Below, in pieces: positions 38,043-48,058 of a stretch of DNA of 64,000 nucleotides (positions are counted from its first letter, which is position 1; each line of letters opens with the position of its first letter). The position numbers were made by a program, and so were the translations under genes. The notes beneath the pieces were generated by a model. The model worked only from the letters and a program-made list of their open reading frames with translations, was not told the origin of the DNA and made no database searches. The stretch spans positions 1 through 64,000 of the forward strand of contig JBBFKW010000014.1 of the NCBI GenBank assembly GCA_037481835.1, read 5' to 3'. The DNA is from Desulfosoma sp. (GTDB lineage Bacteria; Desulfobacterota; Syntrophobacteria; Syntrophobacterales; DSM-9756).

Positions 38043-39890
38043 ATGAGGCGTCCAGCGGTCTTTCAAAACCCTTCCAAAGACCTCAGCCCTTCAGAGGTCG
38101 CTCAGCTCCGGCAGATCATCGAAGCGCATCGCGGCAAGAAAGGGGCCCTCCTTCCCCTGCTCACAGAAGCCCAGCAGGCGTGCGGCAATTGGCTTCCGGC
38201 CAACGTGCTGGCGTGGATCGCCGACGAGGTGGACGTCCACCTGAGCTACCTCTACGGCATTGCCACTTTTTACACCATGTTTTCCCTTGAACCTCGGGGT
38301 CGGTTCATCATCCGGGTGTGCGAATCCCCTGCGTGCCACATCCTGGGAAGCGAAACGGTCCTGGAGGCCCTTCGGTCGGTCTTGGGGATTGGCGAAGGCC
38401 AAACCACGCCGGACGGGCTTTTTACCCTTGAGCTCTCATCCTGCCTTGGGGTGTGCGAAGTGGCCCCCGCCATGCAGATCAACGAAGTGGTCTTTGGAAA
38501 CCTCACCCGCGAAAAGATCGAAGAGGTCATCCATCGCTATCGGCACGGCGATGTGGTGGACTATCGCACCCTTCCCGGATCGGGCGGTCGAGTGCGCACC
38601 GATTGGGAGGTGCATCGGCGGGCCCTTTTGCTCCACGGGGTCGGCGACATCGATCCGGAAAGCATCGACGATTATCTCGCCATCGGCGGTTACGAAGCCC
38701 TCCGCAAGGTCGTCTTGGGAATGTCGCCCGAAGAGGTGGTGGAGGAGGTGAAAGCGTCGGGCCTTCGCGGGCGAGGCGGAGCGGGTTTTCCCACCGGGAT
38801 GAAGTGGTCCTTCACGCTGCCGCTCAAGGCCCCGGAAAAGTACGTCATTTGCAATGCGGACGAGGGGGAACCGGGCACCTTCAAAGACCGTTACATCATG
38901 GAAGGCAATCCCCACCGTCTCTTGGAGGGGCTCATCATCGCCGGGTATGCCATCGGCGCGTGCAAGGGGTTTATCTATGTGCGGGGCGAGTACGCCCTGT
39001 CCATGCACCGGTTGCGTCGTGCCGTGGAGCAGGCCCGGGAGCGGGGTTTCCTCGGGGAACGGATTTTGGGGACGTCCTTTTCCTTCGAGGTGGAAATTCG
39101 TTCCGGAGCCGGCGCGTACGTGTGCGGCGAAGAAACGGCGCTCATCGAATCCATCGAGGGGCTTCGGGGGAACCCCCGGGTGAAGCCGCCTTTTCCGGGG
39201 GTTCGCGGCCTGTGGGCCATGCCCACGGTGGTCAACAACGTGGAGACCCTGGCCAATGTCCCGGCCATCTTGAAAAACGGCGCGGAATGGTACCGCTCGT
39301 TCGGCACCGAGGACTCTCCGGGCGTGAAGCTCTACCAGATCTGCGGCCATGTCAACGACCCCCAGATCGTGGAAGCGCCCTTGGGGCTCACCTTGCGGGA
39401 ACTCATCGAAGTCTACGGCGGCGGCATGAAAGACGGCATCCCGTTCAAGATGTGCCAGACGGGGGGCGCCTCTTTCGGCTTCTTTACTTCCGAACATCTG
39501 GATACGGTCATGGACTATGCGTCCATGCAGAAGAAGGGCGGAGCCTTGGGCTCCGGCACCATGCTGGTCATGAACGAAAGGACCTGCGTGGTGGATGTGG
39601 TCCGCAACATCATGCACTTTTTCCAGCACGAATCCTGCGGGTTTTGCACGCCGTGCCGGCGCGGCACGCGGGTGCTCTACGAAACCCTTTCCCGCATCGC
39701 CCAGGGGGAAGGCCGGGAAAGCGACCTTCCCCTGATGATCGACCTGGCCCAGACCATGTCGGCCACGGCCAACTGCGCTCTGGCCATGTCCCCCATCTTT
39801 TTCGTCCGCACCACCATTGAACGGCTCAAAGACGAATACCTGGCCCACATTGTGGACAAGACCTGCCCCGTGGGTGTCTGCCCGCTGTGA
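38043..39890 (+). CDS. nuoF: Fused NuoE-NuoF NADH-oxidising module
   Basis: N-terminal [2Fe-2S] motif (CESPAC..CLGVC); GRGGAGF, NADEGEPG, YVCGEET, ESCGFCTPC. Confidence 0.92.
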   Translation: MRRPAVFQNPSKDLSPSEVAQLRQIIEAHRGKKGALLPLLTEAQQACGNWLPANVLAWIADEVDVHLSYLYGIATFYTMFSLEPRGRFIIRVCESPACHILGSETVLEALRSVLGIGEGQTTPDGLFTLELSSCLGVCEVAPAMQINEVVFGNLTREKIEEVIHRYRHGDVVDYRTLPGSGGRVRTDWEVHRRALLLHGVGDIDPESIDDYLAIGGYEALRKVVLGMSPEEVVEEVKASGLRGRGGAGFPTGMKWSFTLPLKAPEKYVICNADEGEPGTFKDRYIMEGNPHRLLEGLIIAGYAIGACKGFIYVRGEYALSMHRLRRAVEQARERGFLGERILGTSFSFEVEIRSGAGAYVCGEETALIESIEGLRGNPRVKPPFPGVRGLWAMPTVVNNVETLANVPAILKNGAEWYRSFGTEDSPGVKLYQICGHVNDPQIVEAPLGLTLRELIEVYGGGMKDGIPFKMCQTGGASFGFFTSEHLDTVMDYASMQKKGGALGSGTMLVMNERTCVVDVVRNIMHFFQHESCGFCTPCRRGTRVLYETLSRIAQGEGRESDLPLMIDLAQTMSATANCALAMSPIFFVRTTIERLKDEYLAHIVDKTCPVGVCPL

Positions 39891-39924
39891 CGGTTCGGGG
39901 CGGGGTGTGTGAGGAGGCCGCTCG

Positions 39925-40281
39925 ATGACGGCGATGTATCTCCCGGTCCTTTTGTATCTCGTGATCACCATGGGGCTGATCGGCGTTCTGGTGGTCCTGT
40001 CGGGTCTCATCGGGGAGCGCAAGGCGACGCGCCAGAAGCTGCTCCCCTACGAATGCGGCATGGATCCCATCGGCACCTTGGAGATCCACTTTCCGGTCAA
40101 GTTTTACGTGTTGGCCATGATTTTCATCATCTTCGACATTGAAACCGTTTTCCTCTACCCCTGGGGCGTCATTTTCCGGGACCTGGGCTGGTTCGGCTTC
40201 GTGGAAATGCTGATCTTCACGGCCGTCTTGCTCATCGGGCTCGTCTATCTCTACCGAAAGGGGGCTTTGGAATGGGATTAG
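39925..40281 (+). CDS. nuoA: NADH-quinone oxidoreductase subunit A
   Basis: PYECG, FIIFDIE..FLYPW. Confidence 0.97.
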   Translation: MTAMYLPVLLYLVITMGLIGVLVVLSGLIGERKATRQKLLPYECGMDPIGTLEIHFPVKFYVLAMIFIIFDIETVFLYPWGVIFRDLGWFGFVEMLIFTAVLLIGLVYLYRKGALEWD

Positions 40282-40808
40282 AACAACAGATCCGAAGCCA
40301 GATCCTCACGTCCACCTTGGAGAAGTTCGTCAACTGGGCGCGCAAGTCGTCCGTGTGGCCGGCCACGTTCGGTTTGGCCTGCTGTGCCATCGAAATGATC
40401 TGCACAGCGGCCAACCGGTTCGATATCGCCCGTTTCGGCATGGAAGCCTTTCGGGCGTCGCCCCGGCAGGCGGATCTCATGATCGTGGCGGGCACCGTGA
40501 CCAAGAAGATGGTGCCGGCGGTGGTGCGGATCTACGAACAGATGCCGGAACCCAAATGGGTCATCGCCATGGGGGCGTGTGCCTCTTCGGGCGGTATCTT
40601 CCGAAGCTACGCCGTCGTGCAGGGCATCGACCGGTATCTGCCCGTGGACGTCTACGTGCCGGGATGCCCGCCCCGTCCGGAAGCTTTGCTCTACGGGATC
40701 CTCAAGCTCCATGAAAAGATCCTTCGAGATCCGTTCCTCACGCGGAAGGAAGGGCCCGTTGTGGTCGATCCCCAGGAGGTTCCGGCGCTTCAGGAGGTGC
40801 GGGCGTGA
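40272..40808 (+). CDS. nuoB: NADH-quinone oxidoreductase subunit B
   Basis: [22 protein letters not shown]. Confidence 0.98.
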   Translation: MGLEQQIRSQILTSTLEKFVNWARKSSVWPATFGLACCAIEMICTAANRFDIARFGMEAFRASPRQADLMIVAGTVTKKMVPAVVRIYEQMPEPKWVIAMGACASSGGIFRSYAVVQGIDRYLPVDVYVPGCPPRPEALLYGILKLHEKILRDPFLTRKEGPVVVDPQEVPALQEVRA

Positions 40809-41287
40809 GTGTTCCGACGGCCAAGACGGCGTATGTGGAAGAGGTGGTGGAAGGGCTCCCGGCGGGCGCCGTGACGCAACGGGAAAGCTTTCGGGATCAA
40901 TGGGCCGTGACGGTTCGACGAGACGCCTTGGTGGAGGTCATGGAGGCGCTTCGGGACCGGTGGGGCTTCCGGTACCTTGTCGATGTCACGGCTGTGGATT
41001 TTCATCCCCGAAACCCGCGCTTCCAGGTGGTCTATCACCTGTGGTGCCATGAACGAAACGCCCTGCTTCGCGTGAAAACCTGGGTCGAAGGCGATCCCCC
41101 GTCGGTTCCGTCCATGACGGCCTTATGGTCCACGGCCAACTGGCATGAACGGGAATGTTTCGATCTTTTCGGCATTCTTTTCGACGGGCATCCGGATCTT
41201 CGGCGGATCCTGCTTCCCCAATCCTGGGAAGGCCACCCTCTCAGGAAGGACTACCCGACCGAAGGTCCCGATTGGGATGTGGATTAG
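40805..41287 (+). CDS. nuoC: NADH-quinone oxidoreductase subunit C
   Basis: [26 protein letters not shown]. Confidence 0.96.
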   Translation: MSVPTAKTAYVEEVVEGLPAGAVTQRESFRDQWAVTVRRDALVEVMEALRDRWGFRYLVDVTAVDFHPRNPRFQVVYHLWCHERNALLRVKTWVEGDPPSVPSMTALWSTANWHERECFDLFGILFDGHPDLRRILLPQSWEGHPLRKDYPTEGPDWDVD

Positions 41288-41296
41288 GACGGTGCC

Positions 41297-42472
41297 ATGA
41301 GCGAACTGACCGAACGGTTGATCCTCAACGTGGGGCCGCAGCACCCCAGCACTCACGGGGTCTTGCGCGTGGTGGTGGAGCTGGAAGGGGAAGTCATTGT
41401 GCGGTGCACGCCGGACATCGGCTATCTCCACCGGGGCATCGAAAAACTCATGGAGTCCAAAACCTACCACCAGTGCCTCCCTTTGACCGACCGAATCGAC
41501 TACCTGGCGGGGTCGGCCAACAACCTGGGCTTCGTCCTGGCCGTGGAAAAACTGCTGGGGATCGAGGTGCCGCCTCGAGCCCGTTATCTGCGGGTCATCA
41601 TTGCGGAAATGACGCGGATTTCCAGCCATCTTTTCTGGCTTGCCACCCACGCCCACGATCTGGGGGCCATGACGCCGCTCTTCTACACCTTCCGGGAGCG
41701 CGAGCAGCTCATGGACCTCTTTGAAGCCGTGGCCGGCGGTCGCCTCTTTCCGTGCTACTTCCGCATCGGCGGGGTGGCCCGCGATGTCCCCGACGGATGG
41801 ACCGAGGCGGTTCGCCAATTCTGCCGCACGTTCCCTCAAAAGATGAAGGACTACGAGACGCTTCTCACCAAGAACCCCATCTGGATCAAGCGAACCAAGG
41901 GGGTCGGGGTGCTCACCGTGGACGAGGTGTTGGACTACGGGCTGAGCGGCCCGGTGGCGCGGGGATCGGGGATCGCCTGGGACGTTCGGCGCGCCGACCC
42001 CTACTGCGGCTACGACGAGTTCGATTTTATCGTTCCGACGGGAGAAAACGGCGACACCTACGACCGGTATCTGGTCCGACTGGAGGAGATGCGCCAGAGC
42101 GCCCGGATCATCGAGCAGGCCTTGGATCGGCTCCCATCAGGGGACATCGTCGTGGACGACCCCACCGTGGCCTATCCGCCGAAGGCGGACGTCTTTACGA
42201 AGATCGAATCCCTGATCCAGCACTTTTTGCTCGTGGAAGAAGGCATTCGTCCTCCCAAAGGTGAGGTCTTCCACCATACGGAAGCCCCCAAAGGGGAGTT
42301 GGGCTTTTACATCGTCAGCGACGGCTCATCCCACCCGTTTCGGGTGAAGGTGCGCACGCCCAGTTTCGTGAATTTGCAGGTGTTGAGCAAGATGGCTGAA
42401 GGCAGGCTTTTGGCGGATCTCATCGCCCTCATCGGAACCATTGATATCGTGCTTGCGGACGTGGATCGATAG
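41297..42472 (+). CDS. nuoD: NADH-quinone oxidoreductase subunit D
   Basis: GPQHPSTHGVLR, GYLHRG.EK, EAPKGE, DVDR. Confidence 0.98.
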   Translation: MSELTERLILNVGPQHPSTHGVLRVVVELEGEVIVRCTPDIGYLHRGIEKLMESKTYHQCLPLTDRIDYLAGSANNLGFVLAVEKLLGIEVPPRARYLRVIIAEMTRISSHLFWLATHAHDLGAMTPLFYTFREREQLMDLFEAVAGGRLFPCYFRIGGVARDVPDGWTEAVRQFCRTFPQKMKDYETLLTKNPIWIKRTKGVGVLTVDEVLDYGLSGPVARGSGIAWDVRRADPYCGYDEFDFIVPTGENGDTYDRYLVRLEEMRQSARIIEQALDRLPSGDIVVDDPTVAYPPKADVFTKIESLIQHFLLVEEGIRPPKGEVFHHTEAPKGELGFYIVSDGSSHPFRVKVRTPSFVNLQVLSKMAEGRLLADLIALIGTIDIVLADVDR

Positions 42473-42474
42473 CG

Positions 42475-45159
42475 ATGATCACAGTGACCATCAACGGCAG
42501 AGCCCTGGAAGCCCAACCGGGCATGACCATCATGGAAGTGGCGGACAAGAACGGGATTTACATCCCCAGGCTGTGCTACCACAAGGCGCTCAGCCCCATC
42601 GGGGCGTGCCGCATCTGCGTGGTGGAAGTCAAGCCCGGCCCGCCGCGGCCCGTGCCCGCCTGCACCACGCCCGTAACGGACAAGATGGAAGTGACCACCG
42701 AATCGGAGCGACTCACCCATTACCGCCGTGAGCTGCTCCAGCTGCTGCTCATCAACCACCCTTTGGATTGTCCCATCTGCGACAAGGGAGGGGAGTGCGA
42801 GCTGCAGAACCTGACGCGAGCCCTCAAAATCAAGGAACAGCCGTACAAGGCCGCTCGACTGACGCCGCGCTACGATGCCCAATCGCCGCTCATCGAGCGC
42901 TACCCGGACCGGTGCGTCAATTGCGAACGGTGCGTTCGCGTGTGCCGTGACCGAGTGGGGGCGGCGGCCCTGTATTTTGACAACCGGGGCTACCGCACGG
43001 CGGTGACCGCCGGCGGGCCCGTCATGGACTGCGAATTCTGCGGTTCCTGCATCGGCGTGTGTCCGGTGGGGGCCATCATCGATAAGACGTTCAAGTACAG
43101 CGCCCGGGCCTGGCAGTTGGAAAAGGACACGGCCGTGTGCCCGTATTGCGGCGGCGGCTGCCATCTCGTCCTGAACCTGAAAAACGGCCGACTGAAAAGA
43201 GTCACCACGTCCTTCCAGGAACCCGTCAACGGCGGGATCATCTGCAGCCGAGGCCGCTTTGGGTTGAACATCGTCCAGGAAGAGAGGCGGTTGAAAGAGC
43301 CCTTGGTCCGCAAGGACGGACGGCTGACGCCCGTATCCTGGGACGAGGCCTTGGATTTCGCCGCCACACGGCTTCGAGAAATTCTTTCCCGATTCGGCCC
43401 CAAGGCCGTGGCCGGGCTGGGATCGGCCCGCACGACCAACGAAAGCAACTACGTCTTTCAGAAGTTTTGCCGGGCCGTCTTGGGTACCCCGCACGTGGAT
43501 GCCACCACGAGCCTGGATCACCAGCGCATGATCCATGCCCTGGTGGATGTTTTGGGCCGTCCCAAGGTGACTTACGGAAACGAAAGGGAAAGCCTGCCCC
43601 GGATCATACGCGGGGTGTCCGGGTTCCAGCTCGCCTTGGGCACCTATGACGATCTGAACAAGGCCGACACCGTTTTGGTGCTCGGATCGGACGTGAAAAA
43701 GGAAATGCCGCCCCTGGTGTGGCGGGTCAACGAAGCGCAAAAAGACAAGCGGCTCCGGGATCTTCTCATCATCAGCTCGCGCCGGACCCGGTTTCGTTCC
43801 GCCGCGCAATGGAACGCCTATTGCCGCCCGGGAAGCCCGGGTTTCGTGGTCCTCGGCATTTTGAAAGCCCTTTTTGAAACCGGAGGCCAGCGGCTCCGCG
43901 ACTTGGGGGATTTCCGCCGAGAAGGGCTGCTCAGGAGGCGCCTGGACGCAACGGATTGGGCCCTGGTGGAAGAGACGACCGGGCTCGACCGAAAAGACAT
44001 GACCTACGCCGCCGAAAAGCTCCTGGCCGCCGAAAGGCCTTCTCTGATCATCGGCTACGATGTGGCGGGCCTTGCCGACGGATACGGCGCCATGTGCTAC
44101 GTGGCGGACCTCCTGCTGGTGCTCGGAAGAAAACTGCGGCTCCACCTCACGGCGGAAAAGGCCAACACCCAAGGATGTTCGGACATGGGGGTGAGCCCGT
44201 TTTGGCTTCCGGGCTACATCCCCTTCGACGAGGCGCACGTCGTGGAAAAGCTCTGGGGGCGACCTTTCCCCAAAGAAGCGGGACTTCCCTTGGGGCGGAT
44301 TCTCCAGGCGGCGGCCGACGGAGGGCCGGAAGCCCACAAAGCGCTTCTGCTCGTGGGCACGGACCTCCTGGGGACCCATTATCCCCGGTCGGTGGTGGAA
44401 AGAGCCCTTCAGAACGTGGATTTTCTCCTGTGCCAGGAAGTTTTCCTCAACGAAACGGCGGCTCGGGCCCACGTGGTTTTCCCGGCGAAAACGGCCGTGG
44501 AAAGCCAGGGGACCCTTACCAGCGGCGAACTTCGGGTGCAGAAGCAAAAGGCGCGGAGCTTCGTTGACGGGCCGTGGGATGACTGGAAGATCGTCCAGGA
44601 GTTGGCCCGGAGGCTGGGCGTGGACATGGGATACGCTTGTGCGGAAGATATTTTCAAGGAAATCTGCACCCTCTTTCCCCATTACGATCAGTATGCCTTT
44701 TCCCAAATCCCCCATGAGGGGTTCTGGTGGAACCGGATGTACCGGGCCAAGTACGGATCGGCCGGGTGGCGCCGGGTGCTGGATCCGGCGTTGGAGGCGG
44801 TGATCCCGTGGTTGGAACTGCCGGCCCAACCCTCGGAGGCCTTTCCTCTGCTGTTGTTTGTGAGCCGATCCCTGTTTCAGTCCGGGACCTACGGCCGATA
44901 CGGGATTGGAGCGCGAACCCTGGAACCCCAAGGCGGGGTGTGGATGAGCCCGGAAGATGCCGAAAAGCTGGGCATGGGAGAGGGTCAACCGGTGGTGCTA
45001 ACGACGGCCTACGGGACGCTTGAGGCACAGGTCGGCATCGATCGGCGTGTGCCTCAAGGGGTCGTGCAGGCATCGACCCATTTTGAAGACCTGCCCATCG
45101 GGCGGGTGACGGACGGCAGTGTGCTCGTTCCCGTGCGCGTGGATAAAGCGGTGTCTTAG
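42475..45159 (+). CDS. nuoG: NADH-quinone oxidoreductase subunit G (molybdopterin-oxidoreductase fold)
   Basis: IPRLCY..CRIC, HPLDCPICDKGGEC, two CxxCxxC motifs, CPYCGGGC; located in the nuo operon. Confidence 0.9.
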   Translation: MITVTINGRALEAQPGMTIMEVADKNGIYIPRLCYHKALSPIGACRICVVEVKPGPPRPVPACTTPVTDKMEVTTESERLTHYRRELLQLLLINHPLDCPICDKGGECELQNLTRALKIKEQPYKAARLTPRYDAQSPLIERYPDRCVNCERCVRVCRDRVGAAALYFDNRGYRTAVTAGGPVMDCEFCGSCIGVCPVGAIIDKTFKYSARAWQLEKDTAVCPYCGGGCHLVLNLKNGRLKRVTTSFQEPVNGGIICSRGRFGLNIVQEERRLKEPLVRKDGRLTPVSWDEALDFAATRLREILSRFGPKAVAGLGSARTTNESNYVFQKFCRAVLGTPHVDATTSLDHQRMIHALVDVLGRPKVTYGNERESLPRIIRGVSGFQLALGTYDDLNKADTVLVLGSDVKKEMPPLVWRVNEAQKDKRLRDLLIISSRRTRFRSAAQWNAYCRPGSPGFVVLGILKALFETGGQRLRDLGDFRREGLLRRRLDATDWALVEETTGLDRKDMTYAAEKLLAAERPSLIIGYDVAGLADGYGAMCYVADLLLVLGRKLRLHLTAEKANTQGCSDMGVSPFWLPGYIPFDEAHVVEKLWGRPFPKEAGLPLGRILQAAADGGPEAHKALLLVGTDLLGTHYPRSVVERALQNVDFLLCQEVFLNETAARAHVVFPAKTAVESQGTLTSGELRVQKQKARSFVDGPWDDWKIVQELARRLGVDMGYACAEDIFKEICTLFPHYDQYAFSQIPHEGFWWNRMYRAKYGSAGWRRVLDPALEAVIPWLELPAQPSEAFPLLLFVSRSLFQSGTYGRYGIGARTLEPQGGVWMSPEDAEKLGMGEGQPVVLTTAYGTLEAQVGIDRRVPQGVVQASTHFEDLPIGRVTDGSVLVPVRVDKAVS

Positions 45160-45275
45160 GAACTCCATCGCGATACGGGCGGGCGGTACGGGCCCGGGGC
45201 GGCATGCCGGCGGCGTCAATGTGGGACGGACAAAGCCGGGCGACGCCCTGCATGCGTGGTGAAAGGCTGGGCACA

Positions 45276-46304
45276 ATGGATTGGATCGTCTACGGGGTTT
45301 TGACCCTCGCAAAAACGGCGCTGATTCTTTTCATCCTCCTGACGGCTGTGGCCTACGCCACCCTCATGGAACGCAAGGTCCTGGGGTTCATGCAGTTGCG
45401 CCTTGGGCCCAACCGCGTGGGACCCTGGGGATTGCTGCAGCCGCTTGCCGACGGGGTGAAGCTGTTCTTCAAGGAAGACATCGCCCTGCCGGTATCCGAA
45501 CCCCGCCTCTACGCTCTGGCTCCGTGGGTCACGGCGGTGGCGGCCCTGACCCCCTTTGCGGCCATCCCCTTCGCCGACACCCTCTTTCCGGAAACCGTCA
45601 CCGTCTTCGGCCGCACGGTGGATCTTACGGTCTACGGCATCCACAGAGGGGTCATCGCCGATCTGCCGGGGGCCGTGCTCTTCATTCTGGCCATCTCCTC
45701 CCTTTCCACCTACGGGGTGGTTTTGGGCGGCTGGGCGTCGGACAATCGGTATTCTCTGCTAGGCGGGATTCGGGTGACGGCGCAGATGATCAGCTACGAA
45801 CTGTCCTTGGGCATGGCCGTGGTCGGCGTGCTCATGGTCGCCGGGTCCATGCGTTTGACGGAAATCGTGGAGGCCCAAAGCCGCCTGCCTTTCGTCGTTT
45901 ATCAGCCGCTGGGGTTCGTCCTGTTTCTTACGGCCGCCTTCGCCGAAGCCTGCCGCACGCCGTTCGACCTCATCGAATGCGAAAACGAGCTTGTGGCCGG
46001 ATACCACACGGAATACAGCTCCATGAAATTCGCCCTGTTTCAGCTGGCCGAATACGCCCATATCATCACCGTGAGCGCCGTCGCGGTGACCCTCTACCTG
46101 GGCGGCTGGCAGGGACCGTGGCTGCCGTCGGGGTTGTGGTTCGCCTTGAAAACGGCCGCCCTGGTCTTTTTCTTCATCTGGGTTCGCGCCACCTATCCTC
46201 GGGTGCGCTTCGACCAGCTCATGCATTTCGGATGGAAGGTGCTGCTGCCTTTATCCCTGGCGAACGTGGTGGCCACGGGATGCTTTCTCATGATTTGGGG
46301 CTGA
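45276..46304 (+). CDS. nuoH: NADH-quinone oxidoreductase subunit H
   Basis: ERKV..RLGPNRVG..QPLADG.KL..KED, R.PFD..E.ELV. Confidence 0.98.
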   Translation: MDWIVYGVLTLAKTALILFILLTAVAYATLMERKVLGFMQLRLGPNRVGPWGLLQPLADGVKLFFKEDIALPVSEPRLYALAPWVTAVAALTPFAAIPFADTLFPETVTVFGRTVDLTVYGIHRGVIADLPGAVLFILAISSLSTYGVVLGGWASDNRYSLLGGIRVTAQMISYELSLGMAVVGVLMVAGSMRLTEIVEAQSRLPFVVYQPLGFVLFLTAAFAEACRTPFDLIECENELVAGYHTEYSSMKFALFQLAEYAHIITVSAVAVTLYLGGWQGPWLPSGLWFALKTAALVFFFIWVRATYPRVRFDQLMHFGWKVLLPLSLANVVATGCFLMIWG

Positions 46305-46323
46305 ACGGGTGTGAGGAGAACAC

Positions 46324-46725
46324 ATGCTGGGACCGCTCGTTAAGGGGCTTGCCAAGACCTTCGAACAGCTTTTCCGCAAGCCCATCACCATCCAGTATCC
46401 GGAAAAGAAACGGGAAGTGTCCGAAAGATTTCGGGGACATCCCAGGCTGTTGCGCGACGAGAACGGCCGGATCAAGTGCGTGGCCTGCCATCTGTGCGAG
46501 ACGGTATGCCCGTCCAAGGCCATAGCCATCGAGCCGGAAGCGGGGGAGACCATGCACGAGAAGCGGCCTCGGCGGTTCGTCGTGGATCTTGCGCGATGCA
46601 TCTTTTGCGGCTTCTGCCAGGAAGCCTGTCCCAAAGGGGCCATCATGCTGAACCGAAAATACGAGCTCGCTCAGTATGACAAGAGCGCTTTGGTCTATGA
46701 CAAGGAAAAGCTCCTTCAAGATTAG
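46324..46725 (+). CDS. nuoI: NADH-quinone oxidoreductase subunit I
   Basis: TIQYP, RFRG, two CxxCxxCxxxCP motifs. Confidence 0.97.
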   Translation: MLGPLVKGLAKTFEQLFRKPITIQYPEKKREVSERFRGHPRLLRDENGRIKCVACHLCETVCPSKAIAIEPEAGETMHEKRPRRFVVDLARCIFCGFCQEACPKGAIMLNRKYELAQYDKSALVYDKEKLLQD

Positions 46726-46745
46726 GACGTGGTGAGGACCCTTCC

Positions 46746-47264
46746 ATGGAATTGTTTCTGTTCGTGGTCTTTTCCCTGATCACCCTGGTGAGCGCGGGTG
46801 CCGTGGTCTGGCATCCCCATCCCGTCAAGAGCGCGCTTTTTCTCATCGTGTCGTTTTTTGCCATGGGCGGATTGTATCTGCTCATGCAGGCGGAATTCAT
46901 CGCCTTGATGCAGGTCCTGGTCTATGCGGGCGCGGTCATGGTGTTGTTTCTCTTCGTCATCATGCTGCTCAACCTCAAGCCTCGAGGCGAGGACCGATCG
47001 GCGTTCCGAAAGCGTCTTCGATGGGCGGTCCCGTTGATTTTGGTTTTTGTGGGGGCGGCGCTGACGGCGGTCACCAGTCCGCTGGCCCGGCTGGGCCCTG
47101 CGGCGGGGCAAGGGGCGGCGTGGGTGGAAAGCCAAGGGGGAAACGTGAGGGCCGTGGGGCGAGCCCTTTTCACTCGGGCTTTTCTTCCCTTTGAAGTGAC
47201 GTCCATCGTCCTGCTGGTGGCTGTGGTGGGTGTGATCGTCTTGGCCAAGAAGGAGCGCCGTTGA
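46746..47264 (+). CDS. nuoJ: NADH-quinone oxidoreductase subunit J
   Basis: QVLVYAGAVMVLFLFVIMLL, PFE. Confidence 0.96.
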   Translation: MELFLFVVFSLITLVSAGAVVWHPHPVKSALFLIVSFFAMGGLYLLMQAEFIALMQVLVYAGAVMVLFLFVIMLLNLKPRGEDRSAFRKRLRWAVPLILVFVGAALTAVTSPLARLGPAAGQGAAWVESQGGNVRAVGRALFTRAFLPFEVTSIVLLVAVVGVIVLAKKERR

Positions 47265-47297
47265 AAGGGATTGGGGACGGGCTGGGAGTGCGGGGGT

Positions 47298-47556
47298 GTT
47301 GGGGTTCGCTTTGCTCGCCCCAACCTACGGTTGGTTTTGATGGTGGCGTTGGGGTTCGCTTTGCTCACCCCAACCTACGGTTGGCTTTGATGCTGGCGTT
47401 GGGGTTCGCTTTGCTCACCCCAACCTACGGTTGGTTTTGATGGTGGCGTTGGGGTTCGCTTTGATCATTCCAACCCCCATTGTTCGTTGTCTCGCCGGGG
47501 CGAGATGCCGGTCGCGGCGGGAGACGTAGGTTGGGGTGAGCGCAGCGAACCCCAAC
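47298..47556. repeat. REP-like cluster: 50-bp tandem units (about 3.5) plus an inverted copy
   Basis: GTTGGGGTTCGCTTTGCTCACCCCAACCTACG at 47298, 47348, 47398 and (degenerate) 47448; inverted CGTAGGTTGGGGTGAGCGCAGCGAACCCCAAC at 47525. Confidence 0.85.
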
Positions 47557-47730
47557 GAGAATGTGAGTCGGGCATAGGGAAGCGAACCCCAAAAAACATC
47601 CTGGAAGGATCACCGCTCCGCGGGATCCTGTGAAGGGGGGACGGCGGGGCGCGCGGCCTTTGGGCAAAAGGCGCGGTGGGACACGACCGCCGCGGAAGCC
47701 GGCGAGTCCCGGACAAAGAAAGGGTAGGGC

Positions 47731-48036
47731 ATGGCGGTTCCGGTTCATTACTACATCATCGTGAGTGCCTTGCTGTTTGCCGTCGGGGTGTTGGGGGTTC
47801 TCACCCGGCGCAACGCCATCGTCATTTTCATGTCCATTGAATTGATGCTCAATGCGGGCAACCTGAGCTTTGTCGCCTTTTCCAAGGCCTTGGAAGGCTT
47901 GGACGGGCAACTGTTCGTGTTCTTTGTCATGGTGGTGGCCGCCGCGGAAGTCACCGTGGGCTTGGCCATCATTGTCACCCTTTACCGGAACTGGAAGACG
48001 ATTTTCGTGGACGAAGTCCGGCTTCTCAAAGGCTGA
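47731..48036 (+). CDS. nuoK: NADH-quinone oxidoreductase subunit K
   Basis: [22 protein letters not shown]. Confidence 0.97.
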   Translation: MAVPVHYYIIVSALLFAVGVLGVLTRRNAIVIFMSIELMLNAGNLSFVAFSKALEGLDGQLFVFFVMVVAAAEVTVGLAIIVTLYRNWKTIFVDEVRLLKG

Positions 48037-48058
48037 GCGCGGAAAAGAAGAGGTCGCT

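Noticed and set aside
47298..47475. Possible second mini CRISPR array
   Set aside because: The intervening 18-bp segments are near-identical rather than unique spacers; it fits tandem REP units.
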